Source of the DNA: an uncultured Nitrososphaerota archaeon
GTDB lineage: Archaea > Thermoproteota > Nitrososphaeria > Nitrososphaerales > Gagatemarchaeaceae
Direction of reading: 5' to 3'
Assembly (NCBI GenBank): GCA_963703285.1
Contig: OY969807.1
Coordinates: 832,001 to 896,000, forward strand
Length of the DNA stretch: 64,000 bases
The notes under the pieces were generated by a model. The model saw only the letters and a program-made list of their open reading frames with translations. It was not told the DNA's origin and did not search any database. The first letter of the stretch is position 1; the number at the start of each line of letters is the position of its first letter. A program made the position numbers and the translations under genes. Shown one piece after another: positions 11,330 to 20,720 of this stretch.

Positions 11330-11409
11330 AACGTAACGCTAGTTACACTTTCTGATTGCGTCCGATACTTCCTCTATCTATCGATGGCTTCTCCGGTCCT
11401 GTCTGCGTT
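11330..11409. repeat. ~80-bp direct repeat, copy 2
   Basis: matches 8523-8605; overlaps the 3' end of the MFS ORF. Confidence 0.9.
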
Positions 11410-12632
11410 GGTTTCCGGCCCCTTGTTAGAACCATCAGCACCACTGCCGCCGAGACCGCCGTGGCAGCAAAGAGCGTGAACCCGAGCCTGCCGGTGGCGA
11501 AGGTGAGCATGACCCCTATCAGGGTGCTCGAAGTGAAGTCACCGATTCCGTTGACCGTCTGCAAGACTCCGAATCCTGACCCTCTCTGTGATTCGCCGAG
11601 CAGGTCGGCTGCGTAGGCGCCCTCCACCGTGTCGACGATTGCCACCTGCAGACCTGCGAGGACGAAGATGGTCGCGAGTATCGGAAGGTACGGGCTTTCG
11701 AAGATTGATGCGATGCACGCGAGAGCAAAGATTACGTTCCCTGAGGCCAACAGCACCCTCTTCGAGACCCTATCCGCCAGATGACCCACAGGAAACGACG
11801 CAACAGCGTAGACCAGGTTCAAGAGCACGTACAACAGCACAGCGAACTCGGACGCCTCCTTGGGCCCGAGAGAGGGCTGGAGTACCTGCTCGGCCCTCAG
11901 CGTGAAGATCACGTTCGAGAAGTTTACGATTCCGAACAGCCCCACCCCCACGAGGAACAGCTTGAAGGTCCTCGGGAGGTTGCCTATGGACGAACGGAAG
12001 CTCCTCTGCTCGAACTTCTTTCGGCCTCTTACCTCTCTGACGAGCGTGACGACGACGAGGACGCAGACCGCGCCCGGTATGAACGAGACAAAGAAGATGG
12101 AAGAGTATGGGAGATATGGTATGAGTAGGAGGGCGATGGCGGGGCCGATAACTGCCCCGGCAGTGTCCATTCCACGCTGAAAGCCGAATGCCCTTCCGAC
12201 GGACTTCGCGGGCACAGATTCGGTCAGCAGTGCGTCCCTCGGCGGCCCTCTTGCTCCCCTCCCCATCCATGCGCCAACGCGGAGTGCTAGGACCTGAAGC
12301 CATGACGTACAGAAGCCGATCATGGGTATCAGGGCCGCCGTAAGGGCGTACCCCAGCTACATGATCGAAGTCCGCTTCCCTACCTTGTCGGAGAAGTAGC
12401 CCGAATACGCCTTTACCGCGCTCGACGCACCATCCGAAGCACCTTCGACCAGCCCCACTATCGCGGCGGTCCCGCCGAGGTCGAACAGTATGAAGAATGG
12501 AAGAATCGCGGTCGCCATCTCGTGGCTCATGTCAGAGAAAAGACTCGTGAGACTGATTCCGAGCACGTTCCTGTTCAGCCAATCTCTGTCCGGGTTGGGC
12601 GTCCCGCTGCTGGCACCATCGGTCTTCACCAA
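11343..12632 (-). pseudogene. MFS transporter interrupted by an in-frame TAG (12357-12359)
   Basis: the two ORF-track pieces are in the same frame: ...SDKVGKRTSIM*LGYALTAALIPMIG...; motifs GRGARGPPRDALL and GRAFGFQRGMDTAGA. Confidence 0.85.
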
Positions 12633-13432
12633 TCTCTCACGAACGGTCTGAGAGGGTGCCCAACTATTTTGGATGTAATAACAGTTACATCGCGACAGAG
12701 GATTTGAGGTCAGGCTTCGGCGAAGGCACCTCGGGCCTCAAAATCGAAGGCTCAGTATGGATAATGTGTGAGGTCCTCTCGAGAGGCGTCGTCGCAGTCA
12801 AGGAGGGCGGGATCAAGGCATTTCGTATCCGCTTTGAGCAGCGTTTTCGCAGCGAATACCCCTCGGTCCAGACCCTTGACCTCGCCGGAAGGAAAAAGGA
12901 CCAGGCGCTTTCCTTCGTGGGGGATAAATACCGACCCACCATCCAACGCTTGCAATGACCGACATACCTTACTCGAAAACGACGGGAAAATGGGGTAAGG
13001 TCTCTCGGCGGAGAGGGCAGACTAGGCTACGTCCTCTACGGTTCCCTGGCTTGAATGTGACCATCCACGCAAGTATAAAGTCAAGCAAGTGCGTCTTTCT
13101 CCCCTGTGGAGGACTACTACAGAAAGAGGGCACTCGAGTACGAGGAGGTCTACCACAGGGACGACCCCAAGCGCAAGGAGGAACTGGAGAAGATTTCCGC
13201 CGCAATGCAGGGGAAGCCCGCCGTCGCTGAGATTGAACGCCTCCTTGAGGACCCTGTGAACTTCTGGGCGCAGCCGAACATAGCGAACAGGATCACTAAG
13301 ATAGAGGGCTACCGGGTGCAGGTCGAGGGGTTGACCTACTCGAAGAGGAATCGCCTTCATACAGTCCTCGAGCCGCACGAAGCATACCCTCATAAACCAT
13401 TATTCCGTGGAATCACACCGGCGATTGATGCA

Positions 13433-13879
13433 ATGGTCGAAGTGAAGTACGAGCCGTACAAAGAACTGATAATTCACGAAATCAGGAAGATGACCCTCCC
13501 AAACTTCCTACTGATGGTGGCATCCCAGGTCGAAGCGCAGAAACAAGGAGCGATGCCCTCAATCGATTGGATCGATGGAATCGTCTTCGTCAAGGGAGAT
13601 TACGCGCCACCCGTTCCTCCGCTAGTGACCGAAGACCAGTTCAAGGGACGACTCCATTATCCAATGGTGTTTTTCGCCGAGACAAGCTACGAACCCCAAA
13701 AGCGGGTGACCCTAAACGGAAGAGATGTCCTGATCAGACTCAACAAGGCTGACAGCAATCCCGTCTTCGTGGACATGGTCAAGTTCCTGAAGGCCTTCAA
13801 GCCGTCGCCCGACGAAAGTCTACAGGTGAACACCGAGGAGAAATCCGAGCAAGAGATTCATTCGGACAAAAGCACTTAG
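13433..13879 (+). CDS. conserved-looking archaeal hypothetical protein
   Basis: MVEVKYEPYKELIIHE...WIDGIVF; the 13106-13432 extension looks like fused debris (MEDYYRKRALEYEEVY resembles a methyltransferase N-terminus). Confidence 0.6.
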   Translation: MVEVKYEPYKELIIHEIRKMTLPNFLLMVASQVEAQKQGAMPSIDWIDGIVFVKGDYAPPVPPLVTEDQFKGRLHYPMVFFAETSYEPQKRVTLNGRDVLIRLNKADSNPVFVDMVKFLKAFKPSPDESLQVNTEEKSEQEIHSDKST

Positions 13880-13912
13880 CACGAACGGCCCCCGCAGCGC
13901 CGGCGGTGCACG

Positions 13913-14137
13913 ATGGCAAGACTTACCATCTTGGGACTGGCAGTCGCTCTAGCCATCATAGGGTTGATTTTCGTCGTCGAAGGTGCCACCGCGACTGGTT
14001 TCTGTAATCCCGGCGGGAACGGGTGCACCTCGGCGAACTACACGCTGGGGTACGCAGGAATTGTTATTCTTGTGGTCTCCGCCGGAATAGCCGTTGCCTC
14101 GCTTTCGTCCTCGTGGTCCCGGTGTTGCCGGCCATGA
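13913..14137 (+). CDS. small membrane protein with a Cys pair in the loop
   Basis: two TM segments around CNPGGNGC; may continue by frameshift into 14134-14307. Confidence 0.5.
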   Translation: MARLTILGLAVALAIIGLIFVVEGATATGFCNPGGNGCTSANYTLGYAGIVILVVSAGIAVASLSSSWSRCCRP

Positions 14138-14344
14138 TTCCTGCTCCCATAGACCCTTGCGCGGTGAGCCCTTCCTGCGCCCCTGTGTACGTGCACTTCG
14201 GCGAGTCGTTCAGCTGCTACCTCGAAGGAGGAGGGATCAGAGGATGGCTCGGCTTCTACTACTACAACGGGGAACTTGATTTCGGCTGCACACCCCTCCT
14301 TCTTTGATTCGGCGTGAGAGCTTGGACCTGACAGAGAACGCTCT

Positions 14345-14932
14345 TCATCCCGGAGCCCGGGGTGTCAATCTCCTGGTGTGGCCGATTTGACTCAGCGCGC
14401 TTCCGATTACGACCACGGCGGCGACGACAAGTACGACCCCCGAGAGGGCCATCGGGATGTCCCTCCCCGATCCGAAGACGTGCAGCAGCATCAGCGCGAC
14501 CGCTATCAGAGACACGAGTCCGTGATAGAAAAGAGACCCCCGAAGGCCCTCCATGAAAATCAAGCCAGAGAGCCAGACCACGAAGGCCGCGTAGGTTGCT
14601 ATGTACCCGTAGAAGACGGGCAGCGAGACCGGCCAGAGGATCAGCAGCTCAACGTGGATGAAGATGAACACGCCGCCCCCGAACGCCAGCCAGACGTGGA
14701 TCGAATTGAAGAGCTCGGCCGACTTGAATCGGAGGATGAACGACCGCCGAAAGACGATTATCGCGCCGCTCGCGACGAACAGGATGAGCCCCAGGAACCC
14801 CGAGACGTTGGCTAGCAGGGCGTTGGTGTAGAGGAGAGACGACGGGAGGACGTTGGTGAGCGACAGGAAGACGGACGCAAGAACCATGACGCACGCCCCG
14901 ACCGTCGAGTAGTACACGAGTCTGTTCTGCAA
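14345..14932 (-). CDS. multi-TM membrane protein with His residues in TM helices
   Basis: TTG start; about 6 TM segments; IHVW, IHVE, YHG, LHV. Confidence 0.65.
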   Translation of the reverse strand: MQNRLVYYSTVGACVMVLASVFLSLTNVLPSSLLYTNALLANVSGFLGLILFVASGAIIVFRRSFILRFKSAELFNSIHVWLAFGGGVFIFIHVELLILWPVSLPVFYGYIATYAAFVVWLSGLIFMEGLRGSLFYHGLVSLIAVALMLLHVFGSGRDIPMALSGVVLVVAAVVVIGSALSQIGHTRRLTPRAPG

Positions 14933-14955
14933 GATACCCCAGTTCCTTCTCGGCG

Positions 14956-15387
14956 CTATCCCTTGAGGTATGAGCGGCCCGTCCTGAGGTAGAGGTCCTC
15001 GCCCGTGAGCCAATCCTGGCGAAGCGGCGAGAAGCAATCGAAGTCGTCCGTGTCTTCGAGCGCGACAGCCTCGTGCACAACGTTGGGTGGGATCACGAGG
15101 ACCTCCCCCGACCTGACCGTGTAGTCCTCGCCGGCTATGGTGAACTTGAGCGCGCCCTTCGTGATAAACGTGATCTGTTCGCTGAGGTGCTTGTGCGCTG
15201 GGACTATGGCGCCTTTCTTCATGCATACGTAGCCAAGCATCTCCCTCTCTCCTACGGCGAGGCGTCTCGAGATGGATGGGTTCAGCCACTCCGGCTCCAT
15301 CTCGGCCCACCGCAGATGCTTGGGCCGCCTGTCGGTCCGGCTCGCCGATGGGTCGGTCTTGGTGCGCGCTTTACCAGATCGGGGCAT
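14956..15387 (-). CDS. cupin domain protein
   Basis: PAHKHLSEQ...GEVLVIPPNVVHEA...DCFSPLRQDW. Confidence 0.9.
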   Translation of the reverse strand: MPRSGKARTKTDPSASRTDRRPKHLRWAEMEPEWLNPSISRRLAVGEREMLGYVCMKKGAIVPAHKHLSEQITFITKGALKFTIAGEDYTVRSGEVLVIPPNVVHEAVALEDTDDFDCFSPLRQDWLTGEDLYLRTGRSYLKG

Positions 15388-15464
15388 TTGGAATTGACCG
15401 GCCGACGTCATGACACTTGATTTATTCTTTGTTACGAATCAAGAAACGGAAAGCCTGCCCCGCG

Positions 15465-16028
15465 TCACATGGTCGCCAGCGAAGCAGCGCGGCGCACGTA
15501 GGTCCAGAACGCGTCCCAGGTCGTGGCTCTCCAGGCGTCTCCGCCTTCGGGCGTCTTGTACCACTCGATCAGTATCTTGTGCTTCCCCAGCCGTGAGCTC
15601 AGCAACGGTATCGTCTTTGATATCTCGACGTCAATCTCGAACCAGGTCTTACCTATCTTGCAGGACGTTCCGGAGGGGAGGCTCGGGTTGAAGCGCTTGC
15701 GAATCTCCTGCTCGAAGAGCCGGGGCGAGACCGAGTGGACTACCTCTTTGTCGGTGAATATCGTGAAGCTGAGCTTCCCGCCGGTCCCCCCGAACTCCTT
15801 CTCGGGCGCGTCCTTCGGGGGTTCGACGCGGGTGCCAATCGGGACGCCGTGCGAGCTCATTATTGTGCTGTAGGCCTCCGTGATCTGGTTGAACTTCTCC
15901 TCCGCGCCCGGGGCCTTGTTTTTGTCCGGATGGTATTCCCTGGCAAGGCGACGGAAGGCGCTCTTGATCTCTAGGAGATTGGCGTCAGCGCGCACTCCCA
16001 GTACCCTGTAGCACGCTTCAAGCTCCAG
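15465..16028 (-). CDS. J-domain (DnaJ-like) protein
   Basis: CYRVLGV...IKSAFRRLAREYHPDKN; start inferred at CTG 16028. Confidence 0.88.
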   Translation of the reverse strand: MELEACYRVLGVRADANLLEIKSAFRRLAREYHPDKNKAPGAEEKFNQITEAYSTIMSSHGVPIGTRVEPPKDAPEKEFGGTGGKLSFTIFTDKEVVHSVSPRLFEQEIRKRFNPSLPSGTSCKIGKTWFEIDVEISKTIPLLSSRLGKHKILIEWYKTPEGGDAWRATTWDAFWTYVRRAASLATM

Positions 16029-16137
16029 CTACCGTACCCCCCGGAAACAATGGAAGAGAGGATGACGACGAGGATAATTTCTTAAGGGTTTCGAGAGGCC
16101 CTCAAAAGTTATAGTCGGCGGCCAATCCGCAAGGGCG

Positions 16138-16737
16138 TTGCTCGCTGTCTGGCAGGTCTTCCTGAGCGGCGTGATTCTGGGAATCTCCATAGCGGCGCCG
16201 CCCGGCCCGGTCAACGCGGCGGCCGCGTATCAGGCGACGAGGTCGTGGCTGGCAGGCTGGACGACCCTCCTCGGTGCCACGACGGCGGATGGGGTCTTCT
16301 TCTTGCTCACCTACTTCGGGATCACGGCGCTCCTGGCGTCGGGCGAGGCCCGGGACGTGCTCTTCGGCGTCGGTGGGGTGTTCATGTTCTACCTTGCGTT
16401 CTCCACCCTGAGGAACGCCAAGCACGCACCGTCGGTGCGTCCGCAGAGGTCTGGCAGGTTGCCCTACTTCCTGGGGCTCACCATCGGTCTGTCCAACCCC
16501 TTCCAACTGGCTTGGTGGATCGCCGTGGGTGTCGGCATGATCACGAGGTTCGGGCCGAGCATCGTGGTCGGGTTCTTCGCCGGCATAGTCGCCTGGACGC
16601 TGTTCTTCGCCACCCTGGTGCACGAGGGCGTGAGGAGGTACGCGAGGATCTACCCTTTCCTGGTCGGCGTGTCGGGGGTCATACTGCTGGCCTTCGGGGC
16701 CTGGTTCCTCTACTCGGCTATCTCTTCCTTGACCTGA
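16138..16737 (+). CDS. LysE-family translocator
   Basis: GISIAAPPGPVN, GATTAD, LSNPFQLAWW. Confidence 0.9.
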   Translation: MLAVWQVFLSGVILGISIAAPPGPVNAAAAYQATRSWLAGWTTLLGATTADGVFFLLTYFGITALLASGEARDVLFGVGGVFMFYLAFSTLRNAKHAPSVRPQRSGRLPYFLGLTIGLSNPFQLAWWIAVGVGMITRFGPSIVVGFFAGIVAWTLFFATLVHEGVRRYARIYPFLVGVSGVILLAFGAWFLYSAISSLT

Positions 16738-17224
16738 CCCTGCGCTCGTACTCTCTGACTGCCGACTCCTGGGCTCCCTCGACAGACCCGGGCCTTATCT
16801 CCCGCAGGTGGGCGATGGCCTGGTCGGCCGTCTTCCCGTCGTACTCTATGAAATAGGCTGCAATCACCGACCCCGTCCTGCCGACTCCGGCCAGGCAGTG
16901 CACCAGGACCTTTCGGCCCTCGCCCAGCTGGGAGGCTATGAACCTGGTCCCCTCCTCGAGACCCTCCTGGGAGGGCGGCGCGTGGTCGAGCATGCGGACG
17001 TGCTTAGCGTGGAGTCCCGTCCCCTTCAGCCAGTCGGGGGGAAGGGGCGACTCGGTCAGCGTTAGGATGGAGTCCACCCCCTGGCCCTCGAGCCACCTGA
17101 GCTGCCCCGCCGAGGAGGGAAGTCCAGAGGCGGCCAGTTCTCCCTCTATGACCCAGCTGAATGCTGTGGGCCTGCTCGTGAACCTCGACCGGACTCTCCT
17201 GTATACCCTGCCTGTTCTTCCCAA
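16718..17224 (-). CDS. dual-specificity protein phosphatase
   Basis: VHCLAGVGRTG P-loop; DHAPP; IRPGSVE. Confidence 0.92.
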   Translation of the reverse strand: MGRTGRVYRRVRSRFTSRPTAFSWVIEGELAASGLPSSAGQLRWLEGQGVDSILTLTESPLPPDWLKGTGLHAKHVRMLDHAPPSQEGLEEGTRFIASQLGEGRKVLVHCLAGVGRTGSVIAAYFIEYDGKTADQAIAHLREIRPGSVEGAQESAVREYERRVRSRKR

Positions 17225-17303
17225 GACGGAGAACTCGCCGGAGCGGGACCGCTAGCTGAGATAGGCCTTTCGGTATGAAAGTGAAGACGGCTAGAGGGTC
17301 TGG

Positions 17304-17597
17304 TCAGCTCTCGAGGATGTCGAGCTTCCCGTATCGCCCGATGTTGAGCTGTCGCTCTCCCCTGAACGTGTTGATGTATCCGTTGGAGACCTTGACCTTG
17401 GCGCCCTTGGTCACGGCATCGATCTGGGCGTCCCAGAGCGAAAGCTTGATCGTGCCGCTCTCGTCGCGCAACGTAGCGTCCGCAACGCGCGCCTGACCTC
17501 CCGTCCGCAGGCTGACCTCTCGTGGCGAAGAAATGTCCACTACCTCGCCCTCGACCTCAACGGTCCGCATCCCGTCACGTAGATCCTTGATATTCAT
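17304..17597 (-). CDS. ssb: single OB-fold single-stranded DNA-binding protein
   Basis: DESGTIKLSLW, NGYINTFRGERQLNIGRYG. Confidence 0.88.
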   Translation of the reverse strand: MNIKDLRDGMRTVEVEGEVVDISSPREVSLRTGGQARVADATLRDESGTIKLSLWDAQIDAVTKGAKVKVSNGYINTFRGERQLNIGRYGKLDILES

Positions 17598-17712
17598 CGG
17601 AAGCTAATCCGCTGACACCCATCCCGTGGATATATTTAATCATTGATAAGGGGGGCTCGACCTTCTGGTGGCGCAGCTTGGCAATCGGTGGGTCGGTCGC
17701 TAGTCCCGCAGC

Positions 17713-18747
17713 GTGGGCCGCCTGCTCGGGGAGCGCTTGAGGCAGTTGGGCGCTGGGCGGTACTTCGCCGAGCTCTCCCCGTCCGGGCTCAAGCTGGTCA
17801 TCATGGCCTTTGGGACGCTCATCGCGATCAACCTCGTCACGCTGGCTCTCGGAAGGTCTCAGGTCCTGACGGACCTGAACGAGGGCCCGGCCGGGGCCCT
17901 TCTCGCACCCTTGGTCTTCGACTCCTGGGGGACGCTTGCCGGGCTCGGGGGCATCGTGCTCCTCTTCTCACCCGTCTTGTTCGGGACGCCCGTCTCTCAG
18001 CGAAGGGTGCTGTCGGTCTTCTTCCTGACGTCGAGCATCGTGATCGGAGTTCTCGCCGCCCTAATCTGGGACGCGTTCTACGACAATACGGGCCTCTACG
18101 GCTCGGGAGCATCGTCGATAGCGATCACCGCGCAGGCGGTGATCTTCGCCCTCGCCATAGTAGGCCTGGTGAGGCTTGCTAGGCAGGACACGAGGCGCCT
18201 CGGTGCCCTGAGCAGCCACTGGTGGTACTCCTTCCTTGTGATCTACATCACGCTCATACTTACGACGCTGTGGTTCATACTTTCGCTGGAGCCGATATTC
18301 ATCCCGACACTGCTCTACAACTGGAGGGCCCACGAGATCGGGTTCTTCCTTGGCGCGGGCGTAACGTTCGTCTACGCGGGCGCCCGGTGGCGCGACCTCG
18401 GCCTCGACGGCGTCCTCCGAATCGACGAGATGGTGATGAACTTCCACTACGACGACCTCTGCGCCAGGTTCAGCGTGAGGCTTCCGAAGTACCACGTCGA
18501 GTTCGACGGCGCGCTTCCACCCCGGACCGCCGAGTTCGACCCCGTTCACTCGTCGATCAGGGTCAGCGGGGAGTTCAGGGGGAAGGACTACAGCGTCGAC
18601 GGTCCCGACCTCGAGAGGACACTCCTGCACGCCATGGTCCACGCCGAGCTCCTCGAGGAGGGAAAGCCCTGGGCCCACGGCGAGCCCGGGGTGAGGGCGA
18701 GCTTCGACGAGATTGCAAAGCGGGTCGGCGCGTCGCCCGAGCCGTGA
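17713..18747 (+). CDS. rhomboid-like membrane protein with C-terminal SprT-like domain
   Basis: GSGASS and WRAHEIGFFLG in TM region; C-terminal LLHAMVH...WAHG...F. Confidence 0.6.
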   Translation: MGRLLGERLRQLGAGRYFAELSPSGLKLVIMAFGTLIAINLVTLALGRSQVLTDLNEGPAGALLAPLVFDSWGTLAGLGGIVLLFSPVLFGTPVSQRRVLSVFFLTSSIVIGVLAALIWDAFYDNTGLYGSGASSIAITAQAVIFALAIVGLVRLARQDTRRLGALSSHWWYSFLVIYITLILTTLWFILSLEPIFIPTLLYNWRAHEIGFFLGAGVTFVYAGARWRDLGLDGVLRIDEMVMNFHYDDLCARFSVRLPKYHVEFDGALPPRTAEFDPVHSSIRVSGEFRGKDYSVDGPDLERTLLHAMVHAELLEEGKPWAHGEPGVRASFDEIAKRVGASPEP

Positions 18748-18812
18748 GGTGGAGCCCCGGACCCTGCCGCCCTTGGAATCTTTAAGTCGAGGAATCCGAC
18801 GGCGGGTAGAGA

Positions 18813-19847
18813 TTGGTTCCGTCCGCCGAAGACGTGCTCATCTTCGCCGTTGCCTTCGCAGTCCCATGCATAATCATCTTCGCGCTCATGCCGCCCTACA
18901 TTCGATTCCTTACCGCGAGGGGGTCCGTGACCAACGACGCGGCCAAGACTGACGGGAAGAAGGTCCCCACGCCCGCGGGACCGCTGCTCATGCTCGCCGT
19001 AGTCTTCGGCGAGGGGTGCATTTACTTGCTGAACGGATCGTCTATTCCCCTGGCCGCCATCGCGGTCGTCCTGGTCGCCGGGGTCGTGGGCTTCTACGAC
19101 GACTTCCGGGGTCTGGGCGGGATAGCGAACCCCGTCCTGATGATGCTCGCCGCAGCGCCTCTGATCTTCCTGGAGGGGATTCACGAGAGCCTGTACAGCG
19201 CGGTTCTCTACTTCCCCCTCTTCGGTGCCACGGGAACACACTACATCATCTTCGCGATCCTGATCGTCGCCGCCATGCCCGTCTCCTCGCACGCCTTCAA
19301 CATGCTCGACTCGTTCAACGGTGAGCTCTCAGGGTTCGCGACCCTGACCAGCGTGGCGCTGATAGTCGCGATACTCTTCAGCGGGTTGAGCTTCTCCTCC
19401 TACGACTACATCAGGCTCGCGGCCGTCCTCCCCCTCACGGCGACGGCGCTCTGCTTCTACTTCTTCAACAGATTCCCTTCCAGGGCCTTCGATGGCAACA
19501 GCGGCAGTCTGATGCTGGGGGCGCTCTTCGCGGCCCTCGCCATAATGGGAGGCGTTGAGATAGCGGCGCTCGTCGCGGTGATACCTGCTGTCATCAACTC
19601 GTACTACACGCTCTACAGCGTCAGGGGTCTCGTGGAGCACAAGAGGATGACTGCGAGGCCAACCTACCTCGGGGAAGACGGGAAGCTCCATGCATCGTCA
19701 CAGCCGGGCGCCCCCGCGACTCTCGTCAGGATGGTCCTGGCGGGCGGGCCGATGGGGGAGAAGGAACTCGTGAGGAACATCCTTCTCCTCACGGCCTTCG
19801 CCTGCCTCCTCTCGGTACTCACCTCTGCTATGACGTGGTTCACATGA
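18813..19847 (+). CDS. UDP-GlcNAc:polyprenyl-phosphate GlcNAc-1-phosphate transferase (MraY/GPT, GT4 family)
   Basis: GFYDD, FNMLDSFNGE, FNRFPSRAFDGNSGS. Confidence 0.88.
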   Translation: MVPSAEDVLIFAVAFAVPCIIIFALMPPYIRFLTARGSVTNDAAKTDGKKVPTPAGPLLMLAVVFGEGCIYLLNGSSIPLAAIAVVLVAGVVGFYDDFRGLGGIANPVLMMLAAAPLIFLEGIHESLYSAVLYFPLFGATGTHYIIFAILIVAAMPVSSHAFNMLDSFNGELSGFATLTSVALIVAILFSGLSFSSYDYIRLAAVLPLTATALCFYFFNRFPSRAFDGNSGSLMLGALFAALAIMGGVEIAALVAVIPAVINSYYTLYSVRGLVEHKRMTARPTYLGEDGKLHASSQPGAPATLVRMVLAGGPMGEKELVRNILLLTAFACLLSVLTSAMTWFT

Positions 19848-20092
19848 CCCCAAAAAATCTGTACGGTCTCATGGTCATCGCCCTGGTCGCCTGGCTCTTG
19901 ATAATCGGGGAGAGCTACTTCTTCATCGCCGTGATACGGCCGCTCGGCCCGCCCATACGAACCGGACCCCTGCCTTCGACGGTGACGAAGATCATCCTCA
20001 CGGCGGGGCTTGGCGTCCTCTGGATCGGACTGATGTTCGTCATGGACTCCCTCTACGGGCGGTTTACGAGGTCTCCCACTTCAGCTTCCTAG
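19844..20092 (+). CDS. small membrane protein
   Basis: ATGA overlap with the upstream stop; two TM segments. Confidence 0.65.
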   Translation: MTPKNLYGLMVIALVAWLLIIGESYFFIAVIRPLGPPIRTGPLPSTVTKIILTAGLGVLWIGLMFVMDSLYGRFTRSPTSAS

Positions 20093-20555
20093 AATCGTAC
20101 TCCTTCCTCGTGTAGGCGAACCTGGCCGGAACTCCCTTCACCACGGTATCCGGGGGTACATCCCTCGTTACGACGGCCCCCATGGCGACTACGCTGTTCT
20201 TCCCCACCGTCACTCCTGCCTTGATGACAGAGCCACCGCAGACTATCGCTCCATCCTCTATCGTGACTCCGACCATCTTCTTTCCCATCGGGTAGGGGTC
20301 GTTTGTGAGTGTAACCCCTGGCCCTATGAAGACGTTCCTGCCTATCCTCGTGAGAGGGGGGATGTAGGCTGACCCCTCGATCCTCGTCCCAGAGCCGATG
20401 GTAACGTTATAGTCGACGTGCGACAGCGAGCCAATCATCACGTCGTCGCCGATTCTGGTTCGGGAACCGACGTATGCGTAGTGCCAAATCTTCACGTTCT
20501 TGCCGACCTTCGCATCATCGGCGATGAAGTTGACGGGCTTGCGGCGGTCAGGCAT
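20064..20555 (-). CDS. hexapeptide-repeat N-acetyltransferase (WbpD/WxcM-like)
   Basis: IWHYAYV, FIGPGVTLTNDPYP, VTRDVP, GVPAR. Confidence 0.9.
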   Translation of the reverse strand: MPDRRKPVNFIADDAKVGKNVKIWHYAYVGSRTRIGDDVMIGSLSHVDYNVTIGSGTRIEGSAYIPPLTRIGRNVFIGPGVTLTNDPYPMGKKMVGVTIEDGAIVCGGSVIKAGVTVGKNSVVAMGAVVTRDVPPDTVVKGVPARFAYTRKEYDSRKLKWETS

Positions 20556-20720
20556 CTGTCGAGCGACTCGCCCTGCCGAGAGCTAGATAAACAGTTGTCC
20601 AAGCCCGGAGAGGGGTTCAGGAGATGGTCTGTTTGCTCACTTTCAGGTTACCCCGCTGTCGAAAGAATTGTCCCGTTATCATACTCTTAAATACAAACTA
20701 TTCGGGCATTACGTGTTCAA

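Noticed and set aside
13106-13432. Genuine N-terminal fusion domain on the 13433 gene
   Set aside because: It looks like a short methyltransferase-like start joined to unrelated debris, and a plausible ATG exists at 13433.
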